Below, one piece after another: positions 48,345 through 58,369 of a stretch of DNA of 64,000 nt (its first letter is position 1; every line of letters begins with the position of its first letter). The DNA lies in IMG/VR virus record IMGVR_UViG_3300031215_000009, positions 17,442-81,441 of that record; one strand, given 5' to 3'. The notes beneath the pieces were generated by a model that ran no database searches, had not been told where the DNA came from, and was given only the letters and a program-made list of their open reading frames with translations. The translations under genes were made by a program, and so were the position numbers. The DNA comes from a virus.

Positions 48345-49373
48345 ATGGCAAACGACAAAGAAGAAATTTCAGCTCAAGAAAGAGCACTAAGAGATATGGA
48401 CAAAGAACCAAAAATATCTCAAGAAGACCAAGAAGGAATGGATGATTTAGAATCAGCAAACCAAACAAAACCTGTTGAAGATACAAAAGTTGTTGAATTA
48501 GGTAGAGCAAAAAGAATTGATTATACTAAACAAGATGTTGAAAGTACTAACTTAAAACATGGTTTTTTTAAAGTCAACCCAACTGAATTTCCATCTAAAG
48601 GTAGATTCTATCCAAATGGTATAACTATTAGAATTAAAGCTGCAACAGTTAAAGACATTAGAACATTTTCAGCATTAGATGAAGATAATCCTTATGAAGT
48701 TGATGAAGCATTAGTAGCATTGCTTAGTAACTGTGTAAGAGTTTCTTTTCCAGAAAGAGTTGGTTCGTGGAAAGATATTTTAGAAGAAGATAGATTAAAT
48801 CTTATTTTAAGTATTAGAGAACTTACATTTGCGGAAGGTGAAAATAAAATATCATTCAAAGTAAAATGCGAATCTTGTTCAACTGATAATGACATGGATA
48901 TTACAAATCAAAACTTCCAACAAAGGGATATTAACGAAAAACTTGAAAAGTATTATTCTGATGCACACAAACGTTTGAATGTTGAAACAAAACAATATGG
49001 TATAATTAACATAAAACCACCAACAATTGGTATAATGAGAGTTGTTAACAAATATATCAAAACATTACAAGAGAATAAAGAAAACTTAAAGGAATACTTA
49101 CCGTTCTTAAAAACTGTTCCTTATATGATTGAAGAATGGAGAGGTTTAAGTGTTGATGATATGGGGAAATATAGAATTGAATTCCTTAGATGGAATACTA
49201 ATAAGTTTTTAACCTATACTAAAATTGTAGAACTAGCACAAATTTCAGTTAAAGAAAAAATGATGAAACCATGTAGTAATTGTGGTGACCCAATAGAAGC
49301 AACGATTGAATTACCAACAGGTATTAAAGGATTGTTTATTGAGGATAATATTTTGGATGATGAATTAATCTAA
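48345..49373 (+). CDS. gp26: baseplate hub protein (gp26-like)
   Basis: FPSKGRFY, TVKD, LSIRELTF, CESC, KPPTIG, CSNC. Confidence 0.75.
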   Translation: MANDKEEISAQERALRDMDKEPKISQEDQEGMDDLESANQTKPVEDTKVVELGRAKRIDYTKQDVESTNLKHGFFKVNPTEFPSKGRFYPNGITIRIKAATVKDIRTFSALDEDNPYEVDEALVALLSNCVRVSFPERVGSWKDILEEDRLNLILSIRELTFAEGENKISFKVKCESCSTDNDMDITNQNFQQRDINEKLEKYYSDAHKRLNVETKQYGIINIKPPTIGIMRVVNKYIKTLQENKENLKEYLPFLKTVPYMIEEWRGLSVDDMGKYRIEFLRWNTNKFLTYTKIVELAQISVKEKMMKPCSNCGDPIEATIELPTGIKGLFIEDNILDDELI

Positions 49374-49438
49374 AAATTCAAAAAGATAATCAGAAATGGT
49401 TATCTTTTTTGATTAAACAAAAAAAGAAATATATACAA

Positions 49439-49780
49439 ATGAAAAGATTAAATGATTATTTAAACGAAGGTTCTAAAATACAAAATGAAATAAAATTATT
49501 AAATAAATCTGAAAAGTTTTGGGATGCTAAATTCAAAAAAGCAATTAATTTATTCCCTGAATGGAAAGATGAAAAAATTGTTGTTACTAATAGTATTAGA
49601 AAAGCATATAATGAAATGGTAATAGATGTTGTTAAAGGAGATAAAGGTTATGTTGAAATGCCTGGTAGAACATCAAACAAAATACATACTAAATTCGCAG
49701 AAGATATGTGGACAAAATTAAAAGGTAATGAATGGGCAAAGAAATATGCACTTGAAGACCACCTTGGTTGGTTAAAATAA
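49439..49780 (+). CDS. small late protein with capsid-targeting-like N-terminus
   Basis: MKRLNDYLNEG; flanked by terminators. Confidence 0.6.
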   Translation: MKRLNDYLNEGSKIQNEIKLLNKSEKFWDAKFKKAINLFPEWKDEKIVVTNSIRKAYNEMVIDVVKGDKGYVEMPGRTSNKIHTKFAEDMWTKLKGNEWAKKYALEDHLGWLK

Positions 49781-49870
49781 TTAATATGTTCGAAATTCGA
49801 GAATAAAGAAAAGACTATCAGCAATGATGGTCTTTTCTCGTTTAATTAAATACAATACAAATAATAGTAT

Positions 49871-50200
49871 ATGGCAACACCAATTGTTAGATTAAAACTT
49901 AGTGACATTTTTAAATCATTTCAAATAGATTTAAGAGGGTTTTATAAGAATAGAGTATATGTACAACACCATTTACATATACAACCGTCAGAGATAGATT
50001 CTATGTGTTATTATGAATATCAATGGATGCTTAAAGATTTAGTAGAAATGTTAAAAGAACAAAATGGTGACAAATCCACTAGTCAAGAAGAAACAAACAG
50101 TCAGATGGAAGATATGAAAAACAAAACAAGTAAGTACACGAAAGGGTTTGGTGGTAACAATGTGCCAAAATTAGGCAGTTTCAAAATGCCGAAGATGTAA
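49871..50200 (+). CDS. gp51: baseplate hub assembly protein (gp51-like)
   Basis: FYKNRVYVQHHLHIQPSEIDSMCYYEYQW; position between gp26-like and tape measure. Confidence 0.65.
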   Translation: MATPIVRLKLSDIFKSFQIDLRGFYKNRVYVQHHLHIQPSEIDSMCYYEYQWMLKDLVEMLKEQNGDKSTSQEETNSQMEDMKNKTSKYTKGFGGNNVPKLGSFKMPKM

Positions 50201-50204
50201 TTCT

Positions 50205-50253
50205 GATTAAATAAAAGAAAGGGAATCACTGGACTGGAATCCTATCCCTTTCT
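50205..50253 (+). promoter_or_regulatory. endonuclease-associated promoter/bulged-hairpin cassette, copy D
   Basis: GATTAAATA + AGAAAGGGA/TCCCTTTCT, inner GGA-CTGGAA-TCC. Confidence 0.7.
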
Positions 50254-50276
50254 AAAATAAACACAACAATTATTTG

Positions 50277-50333
50277 TATAATTTAGAATGGTGCACACCA
50301 TCTGGAAATACCCTACATTGGATGATTAAATAA
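50277..50333 (+). pseudogene. HNH endonuclease remnant
   Basis: YNLEWCTPSGNTLHWMIK* (NLEW.T..N..H HNH signature). Confidence 0.7.
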
Positions 50334-50387
50334 CATAACAAAGTTAGGTAATTTCAAAATGCCAAAAATGTAAAATAGTCAATTTAG

Positions 50388-53300
50388 ATGGGTGAAAATT
50401 TAGTAGCAGGAATATTAAAGAATATTGAAAGAATGTCTGAAGTTAATATTAATGTTAATTATGACATTCTTTTAGGTATAAAAAAGAATAATATTATTCT
50501 TTCGAAAGTAATAGGTAAAGAACTTAGGATTCAAACAAAACTTTTAAAGGAAATTGTAAATAATTTAACAGGTAGTTCTGTTAATAGTTCACTAAAAGAT
50601 ATAGGTAATCAAACAGGAAATATTTTTAAACGCATTACAAAGAATTTAACAAGTGGTTCTGTTGGTGATTCGCCTATCAAAAAGAAAGAAGACACTTCTG
50701 ATGACAGTTCACCAAAAAATAAGAAAGAAAAATCTTCTGGTCTTGCCTTAGCAGCGCTTGGTATTAAAAACTTTGCACTTATGCTTAAAAAAGGGGCATC
50801 TAAAAACGTTACTAAATTAGCAAAAGCAATCACATTATTAACTAAATCAGTAGAAGGGTTTGCAAAAGCTGTTAATAAAATAGACGAAAAAAAGTTTAAA
50901 TCATTTATGGAAATTTTCTTGCCAATTGGTAAGAAAATTTTCATGTTTTCATTACTTATTGCACTATCAGCACCACTATTGATGATTGGGTTAATTACAA
51001 CACTACCTTTATTGTTTTTGTGGGTTAAATTCTTTAATTGGATAGGAAAATCATCAAAGAAAATAAACAAAGGCGTAAAAATGCTTTTATTTATAGCATT
51101 ATCAACTGCAGTAGTTACTTTAACTGTTTTAATGGCATCTTATGCATTAGGTTCACCATTAAAAACAATGGCAGCATTTGTCTTAGTTGCAGCATCATTG
51201 TTAATTTTAACTTTAGCATATTTCTTAATATCTAAATCTAGTAAAAGTTTAAAAACAGGAGTACTTACAATGTTAATGATGGCTTTAACTACCGCACTAT
51301 TAGTAGCAATTGTTATTATTGCATCTAAGAATCTTGGAGGACCAGAAGAAACATTAATTGCATTTGGGTTAATCGCTGGTTCTTTATTACTTCTTGCATT
51401 TACGTTTTTCCTTATAAGTAAAGTTAAAGGTGATGTTATTGCTGGTTCAGTTGCATTATTAATAGGTGCTGTTGCTGTTATTGCACTTGCTACTGCAATG
51501 ATAATATGGATGAAAGCAAATACAACATGGGAAGGATTAGCAATGTTAGGAGCTGCAATTTTAGGATTAGGTCTTGCTATGGTAGGGTTTGGTGCTGTTT
51601 CTGGATTAGTTATTCCTGGTGCGGCTGCATTAGTTCTTGCTAGTGTTGGTTTATTAGTTTTTTCATCTGCTGTAATGGTTTGGATGAAAGCAAAAACAAC
51701 ATGGGAAGGTATTGGAATGTTAGGAGCTGCAATTATTGGTGTTGGTGTAGCAATGGCTGGTTGGGGAGCAGTTGCTTTTTTAATCATTCCGGGGGCAGCA
51801 GCAATGGTAATAACGGCAGGTGGTTTGTTAATGTTTACACAATCACTTAAAAACTTTCAAGAAGCAAAATGGTCAACAAATAACACAGACAACTTGTTAT
51901 ATTCTATCGAAACTATATTAACAGGGTTCATTACTATATTTGATGATATATCATATAGTGACATTGCAAAAGCAATGTTTGGTGCTAATTTATTAGGAGA
52001 TTTAGGAAATAGTATTAGTCAATTTGCATCCGGGCTAAGCGCATTTGCATCAGGTCAAGAACCCGAATTTGCAGTAAAAGATGGTAAACTGATTTTAGTT
52101 GGTACTAAACCTTTAGGGAAAGACTTAGGTAAAAGAGTAGGAGACACAATTAAAGCTTTGGTTGATCCATTAGTTAGTGATTCAAGTGTATTAGCAAATT
52201 TAGGTGCTGGAGCAGGTTTATTTTTTGATGGACCAATTGGTAATGGTATTGATTTATTAGGAAGATTAGGAAATAGTATTTCTGGATTTGCTAAAGGTTT
52301 ACAATCTATGGCAGAATTAAAAATTCCTATATATGGTAAAAATGATAAAGGTGAATTAGTTGTTACAGGATATGATAAAATGCCTGAAGGATTTGGTGGT
52401 TTAGTTGGAAAGAATATTAAAGCTTTGGTTGATCCATTAGTTAGTGATTCAAGTGTATTAGCAAATTTAGGTGCTGGAGCAGGTTTATTTTTTGATGGAC
52501 CAATTGGTAATGGTATTGATTTATTAGGAAGATTAGGAAATAGTTTAGCCGGTTTTGCAAAAGGTGTACAAGCGTGGGCAAAATTAAAAATTCCTATATA
52601 TGGTAAAAATGATAAAGGTGAATTAGTTGTTACAGGATATGATAAAATGCCTGAAGGGTTTTCAACAAAAGTTGGGGATAATATAAAAATGATGGTTACC
52701 GCTTTAACAAAACCACTAGAAGATTTAGGTAAAAAAGATGGTGGGTGGTTTAGTTCATCGGATTACGAAAACGGATTAAAATTATTAGGAGAATTAGGAG
52801 CACCATTAGAATCACTAGCAAATGCAGCAGAAAAATTTAGTTCTGTTGATGTTGACCCATTAAAAGTTAAAAATGTTGTTAGTGGAACAATTAAATCCTT
52901 TGTTCAAGCATTATCTAAAGATGCTCTTAAAGGACTGGACGAAAAGAAAGGTAAAACAATTCTTGATGGATTTAATTACTTTGCGGATGCTGTAACTAAA
53001 ATAGCAGGTAAAGATACTAAAGATATTGGAACAATGTTTACTAAAGTTAAAGATTCTATTAATACAATGGATTTAAAGAAATTAAACAAATTAAATGACC
53101 TTGCATATAACCTTAGTAAATTTGCTGAAAATATGAAAGGTTCATTTGGTGATTTAGAAGATGTATTAGAAAAACTATCTGATGTTATTAATGAAATGAA
53201 TGGATTGCAAATTGCGGTTCCAAATACAACTAATCAACCTACTACACAAGTAACAAACACAACTCCTACTAATTCACAAAATACTGAATTTAAAACATTA

Positions 53301-53396
53301 GATTTGGGACCATTGTTAGCAGAATTAGATGACATCAAGAATGTGTTAATGTCTGGTATTGAGGTAGAAGTGAAAGGTAATAACCTAAGTTCATAA
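50388..53396 (+). CDS. tape measure protein
   Basis: 1002 aa, helical, Ala/Gly-rich hydrophobic core and internal repeats; after gp26/gp51. Confidence 0.75.
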   Translation: MGENLVAGILKNIERMSEVNINVNYDILLGIKKNNIILSKVIGKELRIQTKLLKEIVNNLTGSSVNSSLKDIGNQTGNIFKRITKNLTSGSVGDSPIKKKEDTSDDSSPKNKKEKSSGLALAALGIKNFALMLKKGASKNVTKLAKAITLLTKSVEGFAKAVNKIDEKKFKSFMEIFLPIGKKIFMFSLLIALSAPLLMIGLITTLPLLFLWVKFFNWIGKSSKKINKGVKMLLFIALSTAVVTLTVLMASYALGSPLKTMAAFVLVAASLLILTLAYFLISKSSKSLKTGVLTMLMMALTTALLVAIVIIASKNLGGPEETLIAFGLIAGSLLLLAFTFFLISKVKGDVIAGSVALLIGAVAVIALATAMIIWMKANTTWEGLAMLGAAILGLGLAMVGFGAVSGLVIPGAAALVLASVGLLVFSSAVMVWMKAKTTWEGIGMLGAAIIGVGVAMAGWGAVAFLIIPGAAAMVITAGGLLMFTQSLKNFQEAKWSTNNTDNLLYSIETILTGFITIFDDISYSDIAKAMFGANLLGDLGNSISQFASGLSAFASGQEPEFAVKDGKLILVGTKPLGKDLGKRVGDTIKALVDPLVSDSSVLANLGAGAGLFFDGPIGNGIDLLGRLGNSISGFAKGLQSMAELKIPIYGKNDKGELVVTGYDKMPEGFGGLVGKNIKALVDPLVSDSSVLANLGAGAGLFFDGPIGNGIDLLGRLGNSLAGFAKGVQAWAKLKIPIYGKNDKGELVVTGYDKMPEGFSTKVGDNIKMMVTALTKPLEDLGKKDGGWFSSSDYENGLKLLGELGAPLESLANAAEKFSSVDVDPLKVKNVVSGTIKSFVQALSKDALKGLDEKKGKTILDGFNYFADAVTKIAGKDTKDIGTMFTKVKDSINTMDLKKLNKLNDLAYNLSKFAENMKGSFGDLEDVLEKLSDVINEMNGLQIAVPNTTNQPTTQVTNTTPTNSQNTEFKTLDLGPLLAELDDIKNVLMSGIEVEVKGNNLSS
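52149..52657 (+). repeat. near-identical tandem duplication, 267-bp period
   Basis: 52149..52390 vs 52416..52657. Confidence 0.9.
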
Positions 53397-53436
53397 ATCA
53401 GTTATAATTTCAGTTAAATATCATATAAGAACAAAA

Positions 53437-54249
53437 TTGTATGTTATGAAAACAAGAAAATTAAGTTCCACTGATAAAGAAGAAGTGTCGGAATATTTAG
53501 AAAATATTATAATTAATTTAAAAACAAAAAATTTTATGGACAATCAAGGAAATTACTCTCAATTTAAAAAAGACATTTCGGTAGCGAAATTCAAAAATAA
53601 TTCAACAAATCAAGGTGCAATAGTTAAATCTATTACAAGTAAAGATAATACTATCACAATTGTTCATGGAAGACCTGGAACAGGTAAAACATTTTCAGCA
53701 ATCCAAGGAGCATTAAAAACATTTAAAAATGGTTCTTATAAGAAAATCTACTTAACTAAGTCCGTAAAGACATTGGATAATAAATCTGAAGATATTGGAT
53801 TCTTAAAAGGGTCATTAGAAGAAAAGATTGCACCATTCATGTTTTCTTATGATTTCAACTTTAAACAAATCATAAGTCCAACAGTTTATATGGCAGCAAG
53901 AGAACAACAAGTTATTGAATTTTTACCTTTGGCATATATTAGAGGAATTGGTCTAAATAACTGTATAATCATTTTAGATGAAGCACAAAATATAAACAAT
54001 GCTATTTTAAGGACTGTTTTATCGCGTATAGGACAAAATTGTAAACTTATTATATTAGGTGATACTCAACAAAAAGATAGTTCATCTGGACACACCTCAG
54101 GACTTGAGTTTTTAATTAAACATTTTTCAGACATAAAAGGATTCACTGTTATTGAAATGACTGCTGAAGATCAAAGTAGAGCTGATATTATTAATCAAAT
54201 TGAAGATAGATACGAAGAATTAGAAAAAAAGGGTACTAAAGTAGGATAG
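53437..54249 (+). CDS. phoH: PhoH-family ATPase
   Basis: GRPGTGKT, IGFLKG, LAYIRG, LDEAQN, SRIG, GDTQQ. Confidence 0.92.
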   Translation: MYVMKTRKLSSTDKEEVSEYLENIIINLKTKNFMDNQGNYSQFKKDISVAKFKNNSTNQGAIVKSITSKDNTITIVHGRPGTGKTFSAIQGALKTFKNGSYKKIYLTKSVKTLDNKSEDIGFLKGSLEEKIAPFMFSYDFNFKQIISPTVYMAAREQQVIEFLPLAYIRGIGLNNCIIILDEAQNINNAILRTVLSRIGQNCKLIILGDTQQKDSSSGHTSGLEFLIKHFSDIKGFTVIEMTAEDQSRADIINQIEDRYEELEKKGTKVG

Positions 54250-54266
54250 TATTTAAAAAAGAGCAT

Positions 54267-54299
54267 AAAAAAGGGAACTATTAATTTAGTTCCCTTTTT
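54267..54299. terminator. bidirectional terminator
   Basis: AAAAAGGGAACTA/TAGTTCCCTTTTT between convergent genes. Confidence 0.85.
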
Positions 54300-54314
54300 G
54301 TTTTTTAATTCTTA

Positions 54315-54866
54315 TTAAGCTTGAATTTCTGTCCAGTAATCACTTCTAAAAGTAACTTCTAATTCCAGTGGATCACCAGAAGTATAATCTAATGGTAATT
54401 CTGGTAAATCCCCGTTGATGAAACAATCGTGGAATGTTCTTTGCCAATGCACATCTCCAACTCTATTATACATTGTAACGATAATTTTAGCATCAGCATA
54501 GTCTTTTTTAAGGCCCATTTCACCAGTAAGTGGATTATAACCTAATCTTTTCCAATCTCTTAAAGTATTGTAGATGTAATTTGAATTATCATCATTTAAG
54601 TTCATTGAAAAGTTAATTGCTAAATCAACTATTGTGTTTGTCGGAACAGTACTAAGGTGTGACCTTTTTGCTGTTTTAAATTCTTGTTCTACGGCTTCTT
54701 GTCCAAGTTCAGTAGTTAAACCACCAATACTTCTAACATGTTCTAAACACATTTCTCCACCACCAACACCAGGAGGTGGTAGTATAGTAATTTCAAATAA
54801 ATTGCCTGCGACAAATTCATATTTGTTTACCGATGCCTTTGAATTTTTATAATGAGGTAAGTTCAT
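54315..54866 (-). CDS. gp19: tail tube protein
   Basis: NLFEITI, WKRLGYNPLTG, KKDY, VTFRSDYW; downstream of sheath. Confidence 0.85.
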   Translation of the reverse strand: MNLPHYKNSKASVNKYEFVAGNLFEITILPPPGVGGGEMCLEHVRSIGGLTTELGQEAVEQEFKTAKRSHLSTVPTNTIVDLAINFSMNLNDDNSNYIYNTLRDWKRLGYNPLTGEMGLKKDYADAKIIVTMYNRVGDVHWQRTFHDCFINGDLPELPLDYTSGDPLELEVTFRSDYWTEIQA

Positions 54867-54948
54867 ATATTGTTATTTATTTTACTTTTCTTTTTAGTAT
54901 TAAGATATAGCGAACTAATTAGTTCGCTATATCTTATTTAATCATTTA

Positions 54949-57900
54949 TTATGCTACTGTGAATTCTCCAGCCGCAATTCCACCTGTTCTTAGAATAGTT
55001 ACTCTTTGTACAAGTTTTCCTAAACCTCTTACAGGTTCAACTGCGATGTCAATAATACCCATATCATTATCAATAACTTCATTAGTATTATTTACAGTAT
55101 TCATTATTGTTGAGAAATCATATAATCCACCATCATTCAAGATTTGTCCTAAGAATCCATCAACTAAAGTTTTGATTTCTAATCTTGTTTGAACTGTGTT
55201 AAATTCCCATCTGTAATTTTTAAGGATAGATTCAACAGTTTCTTCAATATAAATTAACAATTCTCTAACATGAATACTTGACAATGCTGATTTGATATTT
55301 TGTTGTGCTGTTTGGTTAGCATTAATTACGTTTCCGAAACCTCTACTTGGAACAGTTACATTCAATCCAAATGGTTCTACTGCATCTAATCCTTTTCTAT
55401 CATAGATATATTCAACACCTACTATGTTATTTCCAGACAATACCCCTCTTCTTGGTCCTGCAATAATAGAATATGGTTGTGAACTTCTATATTTGGCCAT
55501 AAAGTTATTTGACACATAAGCTGCTGGTGGAACTAACTTTGTAGATGGTCCTTCTCTCATTACTAAGTAAGGGTGAAAGAATCCAACATAGTTTGAACCT
55601 TGATTTAAACTTGGCAACGAGAATGTGTTACTTGGGTTAAAATCTTGATTACCTCCAGTTGCAACATATCTTGGGTCAAAATCACTTCTCGTATTTAACT
55701 TGAATAGTGGATTGATTGAATCATCAAATTGTTTAACAGATGGTGCATTTAAGATTGCAAATGCAAACTTTCTATCTCTACATAATGAAGATAATACATT
55801 TTTACTATTTGGTTCAATTAAACCATCAAAAGTATCAACAATATATCTAAAGATAATTGCTTCTCTATCTGCTAATGCAGAATATAATCCAGTGTTAGTT
55901 AAAACACCCATGATTTCATTTTGTCTTAAAGCAGTACCATTTGGTAATTGTGCTTCTCTCATTACAAACCCATCAAGTCCATGAACATTATAGTTAGTAA
56001 CGAAATTTTGTACTGACTTATATCTTTCTACTTCATCGTTAGATGTTCCGAAATATACAGGGTCAATTGTTTTAACAGTTACAATTTGTGTAAGTGAATC
56101 TTCTTTTACAGAATCTATTCTTGTATATCTTGTATTTCCTGTTCTTGGGTCAAATTTAGTTTTAGTTGAACCATCGTCAAAACTTCTAATTAAGTATTCT
56201 TCAGGTTTAATATCACCTACTTTATATATACTAGTTCCACCTACACTATAAGTAAATTCATAGTCAGATATTTTAGTTACATTAAAGGTTTTGTTGATTG
56301 CACCTGCAATAGATTTAATATCCATTGTAATTCCAAATCCTGCTAAACTTTCTGGTGTTAATGTGTAGTAAGTTATCCCATGAGATAATTTATCAACACC
56401 TAACAATCCATCAAGACCATCGCCAGTTGATCCATCAGCAACTCTTGAAACGATTTCAAATGTTTCATAAGCACCACCGGCCACTTTTACAGTATCACCA
56501 CTTGATAAAACACCAGAAATATAATCAATACCAGATTCCGCAGATTGTGTAAACACATATCCAGGAGTATCGAATACTTGGATAGCAACTTCATTATAAA
56601 CCGGTAATGTTTCATCATTACTTAAACTATATGCAGAACCATCAATGAATAAAGATTCTGTTCCGGCTTCATTTAAAGGATAAATTTGAATACTGATTTT
56701 GTCAGTACTTAAAGATACATCTTTTGCTAATGCCATTGTTGTTGTTCCAGCAGTTGCACCATTTACACCAATAGTTGATGAACATTCGATGAAACTTACA
56801 TTTGCAGCAACTGTTGTTGCCCATGATAACCATGTAGCATCATCAGCAAATAAACTTGTACCTCCTGTTGCAAAAGCATCAGTAGATGAAGGTGCATATA
56901 TTGTTACAGTATCATATTTCCCTGTTGCACCTGCATAAGCAGCTGTATCTGTTAAAGATGATTGTGCATTTGCAGCACCAGTATAAGAAGTAGCACCATA
57001 AAAATCAACAGTGTTTGCTTCGAAATTTAATACCTCAGAATCGTAGTCTTCCGCAGAGTATGTTAAATCCTCAACTACTGTACCTAAGTAAGATAAGTAA
57101 TTAATTTTATTTAAAGAAGATGAACCTTCAATTGTTCCACCTAACAAGTCAATTACTGTACCTGATAATAATGTAGAACCATCAAACAAATCATCATCAA
57201 TTGAACAAAACAATCCGTTGAATGCAGTTTCTAAGTTAATTAAATCTTGGATATATAAATCAGTTCCGTCATTATCTTGGAAGTTTGGAATTAAAACTCC
57301 AATGTACTCACCTAAAGATATTACGTTTGGATTTTCTAATAATGAAACTAAACCATCTGATTCGTTTCCAACTGAATCTGTGTAAATTTTCTTGATACCA
57401 TTAGTATCAAAGTAATCACCTAAAATCGGATCAACAGATAATTTTTCAAAATCAGTATAATCTCCTTTAATTACGTTAACTCTTACACAGTAATCATTAA
57501 TGAAATCGGAACCATCCATAAATTCTGGAACATCTGCTTCACCATACCAATCATTTGCAGTAATATCAAGACCTTGAATTCTATCTTGTGTTACAATAAC
57601 TGATATTTTTTTTCTACCAACGTTACTAAAGTTCAATAAAGACTTTGTGTAACCATCTTGGTTATTAATGTTTTTCAACGCCTTGTCTGTGTCTAATTTC
57701 CAGAACTTAGATGTGTTGAAGTTTCCTGATAAAGGAGCATAACCTGTTTTTTGGTTAGCTTCGTTTGCTGCAGTAGAAAAACTAATAAACTCAGTTGTAT
57801 CAAGTTCAGAATCCAACTTTAATAAGTTTAATGCGATGATTGGAGAATCCAATAACATCTCACTAGCACTTAAATGGAAGTAAGAACCTTTTTTTTCTAA

Positions 57901-58101
57901 TTGCTTATCTCTTTTTCCATATACACTCTCGAAGAATGCATAATCCTGACAAAATACCGGAGTATTGAAAGGTCCAACTTTACTAAATCCAATAATCAAT
58001 CTGATTGTTGAAGTCGTAGTTGTTACGATTTGTGATTTGTCGAATTCAAATACATACACACCTGAACTCTTAATATTAGACAAATATACGGGTAAACTCA
58101 T
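54949..58101 (-). CDS. gp18: tail sheath protein
   Basis: SSGVYVFEFDKS, GPFNTP, VPPAAYVS, AGPRRG, IHVRELL, WEFN, IAVEP. Confidence 0.93.
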   Translation of the reverse strand: MSLPVYLSNIKSSGVYVFEFDKSQIVTTTTSTIRLIIGFSKVGPFNTPVFCQDYAFFESVYGKRDKQLEKKGSYFHLSASEMLLDSPIIALNLLKLDSELDTTEFISFSTAANEANQKTGYAPLSGNFNTSKFWKLDTDKALKNINNQDGYTKSLLNFSNVGRKKISVIVTQDRIQGLDITANDWYGEADVPEFMDGSDFINDYCVRVNVIKGDYTDFEKLSVDPILGDYFDTNGIKKIYTDSVGNESDGLVSLLENPNVISLGEYIGVLIPNFQDNDGTDLYIQDLINLETAFNGLFCSIDDDLFDGSTLLSGTVIDLLGGTIEGSSSLNKINYLSYLGTVVEDLTYSAEDYDSEVLNFEANTVDFYGATSYTGAANAQSSLTDTAAYAGATGKYDTVTIYAPSSTDAFATGGTSLFADDATWLSWATTVAANVSFIECSSTIGVNGATAGTTTMALAKDVSLSTDKISIQIYPLNEAGTESLFIDGSAYSLSNDETLPVYNEVAIQVFDTPGYVFTQSAESGIDYISGVLSSGDTVKVAGGAYETFEIVSRVADGSTGDGLDGLLGVDKLSHGITYYTLTPESLAGFGITMDIKSIAGAINKTFNVTKISDYEFTYSVGGTSIYKVGDIKPEEYLIRSFDDGSTKTKFDPRTGNTRYTRIDSVKEDSLTQIVTVKTIDPVYFGTSNDEVERYKSVQNFVTNYNVHGLDGFVMREAQLPNGTALRQNEIMGVLTNTGLYSALADREAIIFRYIVDTFDGLIEPNSKNVLSSLCRDRKFAFAILNAPSVKQFDDSINPLFKLNTRSDFDPRYVATGGNQDFNPSNTFSLPSLNQGSNYVGFFHPYLVMREGPSTKLVPPAAYVSNNFMAKYRSSQPYSIIAGPRRGVLSGNNIVGVEYIYDRKGLDAVEPFGLNVTVPSRGFGNVINANQTAQQNIKSALSSIHVRELLIYIEETVESILKNYRWEFNTVQTRLEIKTLVDGFLGQILNDGGLYDFSTIMNTVNNTNEVIDNDMGIIDIAVEPVRGLGKLVQRVTILRTGGIAAGEFTVA

Positions 58102-58121
58102 AATTTTAATCTTATTTTAGT

Positions 58122-58131
58122 ATATTTAATC
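58122..58131 (-). promoter_or_regulatory. late promoter GATTAAATA (representative; many copies in window)
   Basis: minus-strand GATTAAATA upstream of sheath; same motif before most structural genes. Confidence 0.75.
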
Positions 58132-58150
58132 AAAAATAAACTAGAAATAG

Positions 58151-58183
58151 TTTGTATTTGTCAAATTTATCTCGTATCTTTAT
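58151..58183 (+). promoter_or_regulatory. Bacteroidota housekeeping-sigma-like promoter upstream of ECF sigma gene
   Basis: TTTG ... CGTATCTTTA. Confidence 0.5.
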
Positions 58184-58369
58184 CGAAGGATAATAGTATT
58201 TGTAAAATAAATTAAAAAAATACCACATGAAATAAAATAAAACAGTATTAATATACATATAATAATTGTACAATTCACCAGGGGTAATATTAATACTCTT
58301 TGGGTAAATTGTATAATGAAGGGAATTAAATAAACAATTATAAACAAAGTAAAAATAAAGTAGGTAAGT

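Noticed and set aside
50609-51787. Long minus-strand ORFs (153 and 215 aa)
   Set aside because: Antisense to the tape measure gene; explained by codon bias, no motifs
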